This document shows positions 10,110 to 19,529 of a stretch of DNA of 61,730 nt, piece after piece (position 1 is the stretch's first letter; each line of letters starts with the position of its first letter). The position numbers and the translations under genes were made by a program. Source of the stretch: Candidatus Omnitrophota bacterium (lineage in GTDB: Bacteria; Omnitrophota; Omnitrophia; Omnitrophales; Aquincolibacteriaceae). The stretch is from NCBI GenBank assembly GCA_043821445.1, contig JBDRCT010000021.1, positions 1 through 61,730 on the forward strand, in the 5' to 3' direction. Under the pieces are notes generated by a model. That model searched no databases. It worked only from the letters and a program-made list of their open reading frames with translations, and was not told the origin of the DNA.

Positions 10110-10982
10110 CTAAAGGATCACATCCAGTATGACGGCGGTGAGAAGCGTGAGGCTGACGACGGCGTTCAGGATAAAAAAGGCCTCATTCATTTTGTGAATC
10201 CCGAAAGAGCGGATCAGCTGATGCTCGCGAACGAGGAAATAAGTGACCAGAAGCAGCCCGAGACCATAAGCCCACCCCGCCCCGTTCAAAGATCCCGCCA
10301 CGGCCCAACAAAAAACGGCTAGTATATGAAGCCCTCGCGTGAGCAAAAGCGTCCGCGCCTCGCCGAACCTTACGGGGACCGAGAAAAGACCGTGCGAGCG
10401 GTCAAAATCCGTGTCCTGAAGCGCGTAGATCATGTCAAATCCCGCCACCCAACAGATCACACCCGCCGTCAGAAAAGCCGGCGCCCACGCGAACTTTCCG
10501 GTGACCGCGATCCACGCCCCGTACGGGGCAATACCAAGTACGAGTCCCAGCACAAAATGCGAGAGCCATGTGAAACGCTTGGTCAGGGGATAAATCCACG
10601 CCAGCACCACGGGGATGGGTGAAAGCCAAAGACACAGGGTCCCGAGAGTGAAAGAACTCCATTCAAAAATAAGGAGCGAGATAAACGCCGCCACCCAAAC
10701 AAAACCTTCCCGTATCTTTTTCCGCGGCAGCGCCCGGTCCTGGGTCCTCGGATTTTCAGCATCAATGCGGAGATCCAGCAGCCGGTTTAAACCCATCGCC
10801 AAAGTGCGGAAACTCACCATCGCAACCGAGATCCAGAGAAAAAGGAAAAAGCTTGGGATTTTTTTTTCCGCAAAGAAAAGGCCGAGGTAAGCGAACGGAA
10901 GTGCGAAGACCGAGTGCTTGAATTTGATCGTTTCTAGGAAAATAGAAGCTTTATTGGTAAAAGACAAAAACAAACTGCTCAT
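10110..10982 (-). CDS. UbiA-family aromatic prenyltransferase (MqnP-like in this context)
   Basis: 290 aa and polytopic. Asp-rich motif NRLLDLRIDAENPRT and second motif YALQDTDFD are typical of the UbiA superfamily. Flanked by ubiX and ubiD homologues. Confidence 0.8.
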   Translation of the reverse strand: MSSLFLSFTNKASIFLETIKFKHSVFALPFAYLGLFFAEKKIPSFFLFLWISVAMVSFRTLAMGLNRLLDLRIDAENPRTQDRALPRKKIREGFVWVAAFISLLIFEWSSFTLGTLCLWLSPIPVVLAWIYPLTKRFTWLSHFVLGLVLGIAPYGAWIAVTGKFAWAPAFLTAGVICWVAGFDMIYALQDTDFDRSHGLFSVPVRFGEARTLLLTRGLHILAVFCWAVAGSLNGAGWAYGLGLLLVTYFLVREHQLIRSFGIHKMNEAFFILNAVVSLTLLTAVILDVIL

Positions 10983-11061
10983 AAGTGGCGAACGCCCGTT
11001 TCTATTTTCCCGGGAAACGGATATCGGATGGTGGATGGAGCAGGCAATTTATCGCCATCCG

Positions 11062-12543
11062 TCATCCTTTATCCGCATTTCGGAATTTCTCATCCAACCC
11101 GTACTCGTGCCAGCGCTCTGCGACCTTTTGGCGAATGGTTTCCGTCATCACGATGTCTTCGGGCCAAGGGCGCTCCATTCCCTCTGCACTGCTTTTGCGC
11201 GTGGCATCGATCCCGATCTTGGACCCTCCGAAATCCCTGGCCGCGGCATGGTCGAGCTCATCCAAGGGCCCTTCTCCGAACACCATATCACGTTTAGGGT
11301 CCATATTATTCAGAACACGCCACGAGACTTCCTTCAAATCCTGGATATTCGTGTCGTGGTCCAGCACCACAATTATTTTGGAGAACATCATTTGCCCAAG
11401 ACCCCAAAGAGCGTGGATGATCTTTTTCCCCTGCTCGGGATAACCCTTTTTGATTGAAACGATGAGACAATTATGGAACGCGCCTTCCCATGGAAGACAG
11501 ATATCGGTGATCTCGGGAAATTGTTTCTGGATAACGGGAAGAAAGATCCTTTCGATAGCTTTTCCCATGTAGCAATCTTCCATCGGTGCGCGGCCCACGA
11601 CAGTCGTCACGTAGACCGGGTCCCTGCGATGCGTCATGCAGGTGACATGAAACACGGGGAAATCTTTCGCCCGGGAATAAAAACCCGTATGGTCTCCGAA
11701 CGGCCCCTCGAGGCGCATCTCCCCCTCCTCCACATAACCCTCCAGGACGATCTCGGCCTCGGCCGGGACTTCGAGATCGATCGTTTTGCATTTCACAAGC
11801 TCCACGGACTTTTTCCTCAAGAATCCCGCAAGCATCAGCTCATCCAAGCCGACCGGGAGCGGACACGCAGCGGCGAACATTGTCGCCGGGTCCGCGCCGA
11901 TCACACACGCGACAGGTAATCTTTTTTTGCTTCCTTTCTCCAGCTTCCGGAAATGTTCGGCGCCGTCCTTATGGATCTGCCAATGCATGCCGGTCGTCCG
12001 GTCGTCATAGACATGCATGCGGTAAAGCCCCACATTCCGTTTGTTTGTCTCCGGATCTTTGGTGATCACAAGCGGAAACGTGATGAATTTGCCTCCGTCC
12101 TTGGGCCAGCATTGGATCAAGGGAACACTGTCCAGCATCTTGCCCTCGCCCGCAAGAATGATTTTCTCCTGGCAAGGCGCATGCTTGACGAACTTGGGAA
12201 GCACGGCGTTCAGCTCCGAAAGCTTGGGGATCATTGCGAGCTTTTCAAAAAGACCCTGCGGCGGCCTGAGATCCAGAAAGGAATGGATGCGCTCCGTGAT
12301 CTCGGAAATATCGTTCACGCCAAGCGCCATCGCCATGCGTTTCTGTGAACCGAAGAGATTGATCGCAAGCGGCATGGAAGAACCCCGAATGTTTGTGAAG
12401 AGGAGCGCCGGCCCTTCCTTTTTCACCACACGGTCGTAGATCTCCGTCACCTCCAGCTCCGGATCGACCGGTGCCTTCACTTCCGCAAGTTCTCCTTCTT
12501 TGCGAAGGGCTTCCAGAAATTCCCCGAGATTCTTAAAGCCCAT
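11062..12543 (-). CDS. ubiD: UbiD-family (prenyl-FMN dependent) decarboxylase, menaquinone-type
   Basis: 493 aa with UbiD-family architecture and motifs (PLAINLFGS, GLYRMHVYD, GADP.T, EGPFGDHTGFY). Confidence 0.85.
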   Translation of the reverse strand: MGFKNLGEFLEALRKEGELAEVKAPVDPELEVTEIYDRVVKKEGPALLFTNIRGSSMPLAINLFGSQKRMAMALGVNDISEITERIHSFLDLRPPQGLFEKLAMIPKLSELNAVLPKFVKHAPCQEKIILAGEGKMLDSVPLIQCWPKDGGKFITFPLVITKDPETNKRNVGLYRMHVYDDRTTGMHWQIHKDGAEHFRKLEKGSKKRLPVACVIGADPATMFAAACPLPVGLDELMLAGFLRKKSVELVKCKTIDLEVPAEAEIVLEGYVEEGEMRLEGPFGDHTGFYSRAKDFPVFHVTCMTHRRDPVYVTTVVGRAPMEDCYMGKAIERIFLPVIQKQFPEITDICLPWEGAFHNCLIVSIKKGYPEQGKKIIHALWGLGQMMFSKIIVVLDHDTNIQDLKEVSWRVLNNMDPKRDMVFGEGPLDELDHAAARDFGGSKIGIDATRKSSAEGMERPWPEDIVMTETIRQKVAERWHEYGLDEKFRNADKG

Positions 12544-13210
12544 AACCCACCCCTTTTTTTCTTACCAAGCAAAGACATTTATCGAAGGGCGCGTGAACGA
12601 TGGCCGCAAGCCCCGAAAGCGCGGTCGCTCGGCCCAACTTCTTGAGATGGGCCATTTCATTCGGCTGAAAATGCCCGGAATGCCCGAGAAGTTTGGATGT
12701 TTTTTCCTCCACCTCCAACTCGAACGGCAGGTCAAAGATCACGAGGGCCATGACCACGATAAAGCATCCGAGCCCGAGATTTACCAGAAATCGGAGGCTG
12801 GGAAAAAAATTTCCGAGAACCAGCAGGATCCACCCCGCCAAGACCGTGAAACGGATCACAAAAGCCATCCGCTTTTTGAGGCGCACCCAAAAAGTCATAT
12901 TGGAAAGCTGGCTTTTAAGGAATGCTTGGCGCGCCGCCCGGAGGATGGAAAGAAAATCACGCCCCTCATAGACCTTGGGTTCCAGAAAAAGACCTTCCGT
13001 GGACGGATATTCCTCGGAAGGCTCGACGGGAGTCACCGGCACTTGGACGAAACCAGCCTTGTCTAGGATGAAGCGTGCGATCTCGCAGCCGGTCACAGTC
13101 GTCCTGTAGGAGGGCGTCCTATATTTCCAGAACACCCACCGCTCGTAGAGCGCAAAACCCAGCGAGACGATGACGGTTCCGATGAAAAAAAACCAATGGC
13201 CAGGGTTCAT
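12533..13210 (-). CDS. Membrane protein related to putative neutral zinc metallopeptidases (Zn_peptidase_2-like) but lacking HExxH
   Basis: 225 aa. N-terminal TM, a soluble segment with ..TGCEIARFILDKAGF.., and C-terminal TMs as in the family. The expected AAHExGHA site reads AARQAFLK. Confidence 0.4.
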   Translation of the reverse strand: MNPGHWFFFIGTVIVSLGFALYERWVFWKYRTPSYRTTVTGCEIARFILDKAGFVQVPVTPVEPSEEYPSTEGLFLEPKVYEGRDFLSILRAARQAFLKSQLSNMTFWVRLKKRMAFVIRFTVLAGWILLVLGNFFPSLRFLVNLGLGCFIVVMALVIFDLPFELEVEEKTSKLLGHSGHFQPNEMAHLKKLGRATALSGLAAIVHAPFDKCLCLVRKKGVGYGL

Positions 13211-13230
13211 AGACCCTGATTATAAGCCAA

Positions 13231-14190
13231 TCAGACCCGTGATTCAAGAAAGCGCAGGAGGTCCTGCATATCTTCGGGTAACTCGCTCGTCAAGTGGATC
13301 CACTTTTTCGTACGGGGTTGCTCAAATCCGATCGACAGGGCGTGAAGCGCTTGCCGTTTGATCGGCGGGAACTGGATCCCATACAGGGCGTCCCCCAGCA
13401 CCGGATGTCCCATGTGCGCAAAGTGCACACGGATCTGATGGGTGCGGCCCGTTTTCGGACGGATTTCCACGAAAGTCGCCTTGGGGAACCGTTTCAGTAC
13501 GCGGAAAAAAGTAACGGCATCCTTGCCGCCTGAAGGACGAACTACCACTTTTTTCCGGTTGAGAAAAGCGCGCCCAACGGGTTCTTCACACACACCTTCA
13601 TCATGTTGAACCACGCCGCGAACAACAGCGTTATAAACACGATCGATCGTGTGTTCCTTGAACTGAAGCGCAAGTTTGGCGTGCGCGTAGTCGTTCTTGG
13701 CAACTACCAGGAGCCCCGAAGTGTCCTTGTCGAGGCGATGCACGATCCCGGGCCGGACCTTGTCTTTCGCATTCCCAAGGTTCTGCACATGAAAAAGAAG
13801 CGCGTTCACCAGCGTATGACGGGGATTTCCGTGCGCCGGATGGACGACCATGCCCGCCGCTTTATTCACGACCAGGCAGTCGTTGTCTTCATAGACAATA
13901 TCGAGATGGATCGCTTCGGCAGGAAGATCCTCCTCCGGCATGTCGAGTTTCTCAACGCGGATCTGTTCGCCTTCCTTGACCGGATAATGGGGCGTCACAT
14001 TTTTTCCGTCTACGAGTACGCCGCCGTTCTTGATCATTTTTTGGAGGTGCGACCGGGAGTGTTGGTTGGACATCTTATGGGCAAGAAACACATCGAGACG
14101 TTCTTCGGCCTCCATGGATCCTACCACAAATTCCGCAAAACGGTTCTTGGGCATCTTAGGATGCTTTGCGCCGGCGGGATTGAAAAACAA
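13231..14190 (-). CDS. rluD: 23S rRNA pseudouridine synthase, RluA family (RluD-like)
   Basis: S4-like N-terminus (RLDVFLA), catalytic motif HRLDKDTSGLLVVAKN, and C-terminal GRTHQIRVH. Confidence 0.85.
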   Translation of the reverse strand: MFFNPAGAKHPKMPKNRFAEFVVGSMEAEERLDVFLAHKMSNQHSRSHLQKMIKNGGVLVDGKNVTPHYPVKEGEQIRVEKLDMPEEDLPAEAIHLDIVYEDNDCLVVNKAAGMVVHPAHGNPRHTLVNALLFHVQNLGNAKDKVRPGIVHRLDKDTSGLLVVAKNDYAHAKLALQFKEHTIDRVYNAVVRGVVQHDEGVCEEPVGRAFLNRKKVVVRPSGGKDAVTFFRVLKRFPKATFVEIRPKTGRTHQIRVHFAHMGHPVLGDALYGIQFPPIKRQALHALSIGFEQPRTKKWIHLTSELPEDMQDLLRFLESRV

Positions 14191-14893
14191 TAAAGGCAGC
14201 GATTATGATCGCGACGCTCAACCACTGGTTCGAGGTGAGCCCCATCCACATCCAGCTTGGTTCACGCACGAATTCGATCACATAACGTCCTATCCCGTAC
14301 AGAAGGAGGTAAAGAAGACTGATCTCGCCTTCGAAATGGACCCGTTTTCTGCGTACCATAAGGAATACAAAAAGCATGATGTCATAAAAAGCCTCATAAA
14401 GCTGGGTAGGATGCACCGCGTACGGAAATTCCGGGAACCGGACGGCCCAAGGCAGGTCACAGGCCTTGCCGAAACAACATCCGTTCAGAAAACATCCGAT
14501 CCGTCCAAAGGCGTGGGTCAATGCGCCGTACGGCACGAGGAAATCCAGGGTTTTCCAGAAAGGCCACTTTTTTTTCCGGGCCGTCAGCCAGAGACCCAAA
14601 AAAGCCGAGATCGCGCCGCCATAGAAGATGAGTCCCCCTTCCCAGACAGCAAAGAACTTGAGCGGCTCAGTTGCGTAATAGGAGAAGTTCTGGATCACAT
14701 AGAAGAGCCGGGCCCCGAGAAATCCCCACACCAGGACCACAAAGGGTATATCGAGCACTTCCTCGGCCCCGGGGAACCCTTCCTTCGCGGCACGGCGTCT
14801 CATGAGAAAAATAGAGAGCAGAACGCCGAGGGCAATACAGAAACCGTAGGAATAAAGGTGGATCACCCCAAAAGAGAATAAGACCGGTTTCAT
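14156..14893 (-). CDS. lgt: Prolipoprotein diacylglyceryl transferase (Lgt)
   Basis: 245 aa and polytopic, with motifs HPTQLYEA, GRIGCFLNGCCFG and YGIGRYVIEF. Confidence 0.85.
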   Translation of the reverse strand: MKPVLFSFGVIHLYSYGFCIALGVLLSIFLMRRRAAKEGFPGAEEVLDIPFVVLVWGFLGARLFYVIQNFSYYATEPLKFFAVWEGGLIFYGGAISAFLGLWLTARKKKWPFWKTLDFLVPYGALTHAFGRIGCFLNGCCFGKACDLPWAVRFPEFPYAVHPTQLYEAFYDIMLFVFLMVRRKRVHFEGEISLLYLLLYGIGRYVIEFVREPSWMWMGLTSNQWLSVAIIIAAFIVFQSRRRKAS

Positions 14894-15396
14894 GTTTTGT
14901 CCTTGGAAGTGAAAACGTGAATGAAATAAAGGCCGACGCCGATTGTGATCGCAGTGTCCGCAATGTTAAAGACCGGAAAGATCCGGAAGTCAATGAAATC
15001 GATCACGGCCCCAAAACGTAACCGGTCGATCCAGTTCCCGATCGCACCGCCCAGGATCAAGCTAAGTGCCCAACGATCCACGATCGAAGTGCCATGGACC
15101 GCTTCTCTTTCTTGCGGTGAAGAAGGCGAGCCTCCCCTCAGGCGGGCCGTTGTGCCGTGAGAACGGTTCGCAATCAGGAAGAGGCATACAAGACTAATCG
15201 TGATCACCGTAAAAAGTGCAGGCGCATAGCCGCTCAAAAGTCCGAATGCAACGCCGGAGTTCTTGACGAGCGTCAGGTCCAGGACATGCGGAATAAGGAG
15301 GACCGATGCATAAGGAGAAAGATACTGAAGGGCGAGGAATTTGGAGAGCTGGTCGATAAAAACTACGGCTCCCACAAGGGCGTAAAAGAAGATCAC
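14890..15396 (-). CDS. lspA: Lipoprotein signal peptidase II (LspA)
   Basis: Motifs NSGVAFGLL, GGAIGNWIDRL and VIDFIDF...FNIADTAI. I place the start at the GTG at 15396, a GTGA overlap with the upstream stop. That gives ~168 aa, versus 204 aa for the track ORF 14890-15504. There is an unusual ~30-aa insertion (NRSHGTTARLRGGSPSSPQEREAVHGTS). Confidence 0.8.
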   Translation of the reverse strand: MIFFYALVGAVVFIDQLSKFLALQYLSPYASVLLIPHVLDLTLVKNSGVAFGLLSGYAPALFTVITISLVCLFLIANRSHGTTARLRGGSPSSPQEREAVHGTSIVDRWALSLILGGAIGNWIDRLRFGAVIDFIDFRIFPVFNIADTAITIGVGLYFIHVFTSKDKT

Positions 15397-15869
15397 TGAA
15401 GACGTTTGTTCTTCTCCTCTTCTTCTTGGGCCCTCATCGAAAGACGGGTATAAGGCATGGCCAAAAGACGTTTCTTGGGGATCGGCGTTCCGTAGATTTC
15501 GCAAACGCCGTAAGTGCCTTCCTCGATCCTTTTGAGGGCAACATCAATGTCGTTTAAGAGCTGCTGCTCGTTGGACGCTAAACCTATATTGAGTTCCCGG
15601 TCATAATTATCGGTCGCCATATCAGCCACGTCCGAGAGCTCCCCTGAGTGGCTGGGCTGATTCCCGCTCAGCGAATCCCCTTCGATTTGTTCAAGGTCTC
15701 CAGCGATCTTCGTACGCAACTGAAGAAGCATTTTCTTATAAAGATCCAGCTCTTTCTTAGGAAGCCGTTTCACCTTCAACGTTTTGGCCGGTTTCCTGGA
15801 AGATTTTTTCACGGATCTTTTGGATGATTTTTTGGATGACTTCTTGGAAGTTTTCTTGGCTTTTGCCAT
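15393..15869 (-). CDS. DksA/TraR-family protein with Lys-rich N-terminus and degenerate zinc finger
   Basis: 158 aa. Coiled-coil region with an acidic tip, and C-terminal EGTYGVCEIYGTPIPKKRLLAMPYTRL resembling the DksA C4 finger but keeping only one Cys. The N-terminus is KKSSKKSSKRSVKK. Confidence 0.6.
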   Translation of the reverse strand: MAKAKKTSKKSSKKSSKRSVKKSSRKPAKTLKVKRLPKKELDLYKKMLLQLRTKIAGDLEQIEGDSLSGNQPSHSGELSDVADMATDNYDRELNIGLASNEQQLLNDIDVALKRIEEGTYGVCEIYGTPIPKKRLLAMPYTRLSMRAQEEEEKNKRLQ

Positions 15870-16010
15870 AAAATTTAAACCCGCTTTCCTTAGAATTGAG
15901 GCGTCTCCGTCAAACGAGATTAGCCTTCATGAGTGCCTAGAAACGAGGCGGCATTATACTGATGCTCCTCTGGGGACGCAAGCGTTAAGTCCACAAAAAT
16001 GAGGCGGGGG

Positions 16011-17285
16011 TTATTTCGCGATGTATTCGGCCAAAGAACTTGGGATCTCGCCTTTTTTCTGAAGCTCTATCCTCAAGGCCCGCAGGAAGGCATCGACCAC
16101 GACCGGATCGAACTGAGTCCCTGCGCATTTTTGGATCTCGTGGATGGCGTAATCGATCGAGTGCCCTTCCCGGTAACACCGGGACGAAACGATGGCATGA
16201 AAACTGTCCACCACGCTGATAATACGCGCTTCGATCAAGATCTCATCCCCCTTGAGACCGCGTGGATAACCGCTCCCGTCGAAACGCTCGTGATGTGCCA
16301 TGATGATCTCGCGGACTTTTTTGAAATCCGTAAGCGGTTCCAGGATCCTGGCCCCTTTTTCCACATGGGTCTTCATGATCTGCCATTCCTCCGGGGTCAG
16401 CTGTCCCGGTTTGCAAAGGATGCTATCGGGGATCCCGATCTTTCCGACGTCGTGCAGGACCAACGCGGCGGAAAGCAAGTCCTTGGCCTTCCCGGAAAGA
16501 CCGATCCCCATTTCCCGGGCGGTCATGATCCCGAGCCGCTCCACTTCCGAGATATGACTGAAAATATAGGGCTCCTTGGCGTGAACTTCTTCGGCGAGCG
16601 AACGCATGATCTCATAATAGGTCCGTTGTTCTTTAGCGCGCATCCTTTCGATCTCTTCAAGACGGTTCGCAAGTTCCTGGTTCTGCTCGATGAGATTTTG
16701 GTTGTATTCCGTGGTCTTGACGGCCATCGAACAATCATGGGCCAGTGTCTGGAAGAAAGTGACCTCTTGCGTGGTGAAGTTTCGGCCGTTCACACGCCGC
16801 CCCAACATCAGCAGTCCCACAAGCGTATCCTTGAAATAGCCTGGAACAAGTAACTCAATGTTCAGATTCTGCATCGTTTTCTGGATCCCTGCGAGAAGGT
16901 CTCCTCTGGAATTCGCCGCCATCCTGAATTCCGCGCGGGAAAGCATCTTTTTAACGTCAGAAAGGGAAAGAAAATCCTTCTGGATCGGAAGCCTTTTCTT
17001 GGACCCCGAGAACCATTGCATGAGAGGGTGATCCATATCGAATTTCACAAGGCCTACCGGAAGCCGTTTGGCCCCTTTGGAGTTCACAAAGACATAGCGG
17101 CCTTTTTTGGGGTCGAGAACGAGAAGAGAGGTATGCGTGAGACCAAATTGACGGTCAATAAAACGGGTAATGAGTTTCAGCAGGCGGTCGGGCCGCTTGA
17201 GACGCACCATGCTACGGGCCACGTCCCGCAGGACTTCTTGATAATCGAACTTTTGAATGTCTGGAGAATCCGCTTCCTTCGGCAT
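16011..17285 (-). CDS. GAF-like sensor + HD-GYP domain c-di-GMP phosphodiesterase
   Basis: 424 aa. C-terminal HDVGKIGIP...HHERFDGSGYPRGL (HD-GYP signature), with a GAF-like N-terminal region. Confidence 0.8.
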   Translation of the reverse strand: MPKEADSPDIQKFDYQEVLRDVARSMVRLKRPDRLLKLITRFIDRQFGLTHTSLLVLDPKKGRYVFVNSKGAKRLPVGLVKFDMDHPLMQWFSGSKKRLPIQKDFLSLSDVKKMLSRAEFRMAANSRGDLLAGIQKTMQNLNIELLVPGYFKDTLVGLLMLGRRVNGRNFTTQEVTFFQTLAHDCSMAVKTTEYNQNLIEQNQELANRLEEIERMRAKEQRTYYEIMRSLAEEVHAKEPYIFSHISEVERLGIMTAREMGIGLSGKAKDLLSAALVLHDVGKIGIPDSILCKPGQLTPEEWQIMKTHVEKGARILEPLTDFKKVREIIMAHHERFDGSGYPRGLKGDEILIEARIISVVDSFHAIVSSRCYREGHSIDYAIHEIQKCAGTQFDPVVVDAFLRALRIELQKKGEIPSSLAEYIAK

Positions 17286-17469
17286 AGGAACCTTCCCCTG
17301 TTCGCGGGGCTTCTTTCCGGGCCTTACCGCGTTGGCGGCAAGAACCCCATTTTTACTGTTCCGGTCATATGGATTCCGGATAAGATATGGCGCTGGCTGG
17401 CCCTGTAGACATCACCAAGGATCTCACAAAAAAAGAGCCGGGCCGCCTCTCACTTGGGTCTGTTGGCAA

Positions 17470-17844
17470 CTAAAAACCCTTGGCAAGAGTATCGATCTTG
17501 TCCTGGACATCTTTCTCCAAGTACTCAAGGCTCAAGGGCTTGGTGATGTAATTATCCGCTCCGAACCGCATCGCTTCCTCGATTTTTTCTTGCGTTTCCA
17601 CGGCGGTCACCATAATCACCTTCACCTTAGGATACGTTTCTTTGATCTTTTTCAGGACTTGGAGACCGTCCATCCCCGGCATTTGAATATCCAAAAGGAC
17701 AACCTCAGGGTGAAAAGTGACTATTTTTTCAAGGGCTTGGGACCCGCCATTGGCAACCGCGACCTCGAAATCACGATCCTCAAAGAAGGATTTTAGGAAT
17801 TCACAGATCTCGACCTCGTCATCCACGATCAATAATTTACTCAT
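17470..17844 (-). CDS. Stand-alone response regulator receiver (CheY-like)
   Basis: 124 aa with LLIVDDE, VVLLDIQMPGMDG, VIMVTA and KP motifs. Confidence 0.85.
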   Translation of the reverse strand: MSKLLIVDDEVEICEFLKSFFEDRDFEVAVANGGSQALEKIVTFHPEVVLLDIQMPGMDGLQVLKKIKETYPKVKVIMVTAVETQEKIEEAMRFGADNYITKPLSLEYLEKDVQDKIDTLAKGF

Positions 17845-17949
17845 CCTGGCATTCCTCCTTTGTGTGAGTGCAGCTCACCATTGATGAAAACCGTCTGAGA
17901 ATCCTCTGACCCGAGATATTCGAAAATTGTCTTTATTGTTTTTTTCTTA

Positions 17950-17977
17950 ATGAAAAATCAGCGGTTTAAAACCGCTG
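17950..17977 (-). terminator. Possible weak terminator/attenuator hairpin overlapping the histidine-kinase stop codon
   Basis: Palindrome CAGCGGTT-TAA-AACCGCTG (17959-17977), followed in minus sense by ATTTTTCATT. The loop is short and the U-tract is weak. Confidence 0.3.
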
Positions 17978-19529
17978 CGTCTGTTTTTGCCGATTCCTTA
18001 TCTCGCATCGCTTCCGCCACGTACGGCAGTTGAAGAATGAACATACTGCCGATCCCCGCCTGGCTTTCGACACGAATGGAGCCGCCGTACCGGTGCACGA
18101 TCTGCTTGGTCACGAAAAGCCCGAGTCCCACCGCTTCGTGATGCGTGGTGTAAAACGGATTAAACACCTTGTCAAGATGTTCGGCCGGGATCCCTTTCCC
18201 CGTGTCCGAACATACGATCTCAATCAGCTCCTCGTCCCGGCGATACTTCAGTTCCACAACGATCTTCCCTTCCACTCCTACGGCCTCCACGGCATTCAAA
18301 AGCAGATTGAGGAAGATCTCCCGGATCTCCTGCATATTTGCGAGAAAAAGCGGCAGTTCCCGATCCAGATTTCTCACGATCTCGATCTTATCAGTCGAAA
18401 CCTGGTACGCAAGCAACGAAAGCGTTTCATCCAGCACTTTTTCCAAAGAGATCCTCTCTTGCGGTCCCCGGGAATCTTGTGAATACATCAAAAGCTTCCT
18501 CGTGATATCGGCTGCCCGGTGCGTTTGCTTCACTATCGCATTGAGCGCCTCCTGGACGTTCGGTTCAAGCTGCCTGGGCCCTCTCTGCATGAGCAGGACC
18601 TGGGCCTTTCCGGAAATAATGGCCAATGGGTTATGGACCTCGTGGGCAATACCGGCGGCCAGCTTCTCAATCGCGTTCAACTTTGTCTTCTGGACCCATT
18701 GGGACTGCGAATCCTGGAGTTCAAAATTAAGCTGCCTCAGCCGCTTCACGACCATGGCGTTATGCACACAAGGAGCGATCGCAGCCGCAAATTCCCGGAA
18801 AAAATGGAAGTCCCCCTGGTCAAACACGGTGTCCGGCACAAGCGCCCCGAACGCGAGAAGCCCTGCTAGCTCCCCTTTTATGAAAAGCGGAATGATCCAG
18901 GCGGCTTGCAAAGAATCAAGGTCGCGCGCCAACGCATTCGCCTCCTGCCAGGAAAGGCTTTGGAGCACAGGCCCGCGCATTAAGACATGCGGCCCTGTCT
19001 GATGGATCATTTTCAAAAGCGGCGTGTCGGCCGCAAGACGGACCTTTTTGGAAGCCGAGATCGTCCATCCGAAAGCCGACGCGATCTCGAAATTATTCTG
19101 GAGCGGGTTCGGAACGAGCAGGGCCACGGTCTTCAATTGCAGCACCTCGCCGAACGTATTCACCACCAGGTTTGCGATCTCCTGAATATCCAAATTCACG
19201 GCCAAATCGCCCGCCAGATCCATCAGGGTCATTTGAGCGAATGTTTTTTTGTGGAAAAAGTATTTCTCAAGAAATTTTTTCACCCAGTGCTCCGTGGACT
19301 TATAGGCAAACACAAAGATCACGGTCATCACGAGGATCGGAAGCAGCGGGTGATGGACCCAAGAACCCGAAACTCCGGAAAAAGACATCAGAAACGGAAG
19401 CAGGTAAGCGACAAAAGCTCCGAAAGAAAAAAGGACGAGACCTACCAGAACTTTTTTCAGGACCATCTTCGGAGTTCTTACGTGAAACGACGCATCTTTT
19501 TTGAGATAGGGCCATCCCCTTTGTTTCAT
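17958..19529 (-). CDS. Membrane sensor histidine kinase (TM + GAF-like + HisKA + HATPase_c)
   Basis: 523 aa. Two N-terminal TM helices, H-box AHEVHNPLAIISG, N box LLLNAVEA, G boxes DTGKGI and GLGL. Confidence 0.85.
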   Translation of the reverse strand: MKQRGWPYLKKDASFHVRTPKMVLKKVLVGLVLFSFGAFVAYLLPFLMSFSGVSGSWVHHPLLPILVMTVIFVFAYKSTEHWVKKFLEKYFFHKKTFAQMTLMDLAGDLAVNLDIQEIANLVVNTFGEVLQLKTVALLVPNPLQNNFEIASAFGWTISASKKVRLAADTPLLKMIHQTGPHVLMRGPVLQSLSWQEANALARDLDSLQAAWIIPLFIKGELAGLLAFGALVPDTVFDQGDFHFFREFAAAIAPCVHNAMVVKRLRQLNFELQDSQSQWVQKTKLNAIEKLAAGIAHEVHNPLAIISGKAQVLLMQRGPRQLEPNVQEALNAIVKQTHRAADITRKLLMYSQDSRGPQERISLEKVLDETLSLLAYQVSTDKIEIVRNLDRELPLFLANMQEIREIFLNLLLNAVEAVGVEGKIVVELKYRRDEELIEIVCSDTGKGIPAEHLDKVFNPFYTTHHEAVGLGLFVTKQIVHRYGGSIRVESQAGIGSMFILQLPYVAEAMRDKESAKTDAAVLNR

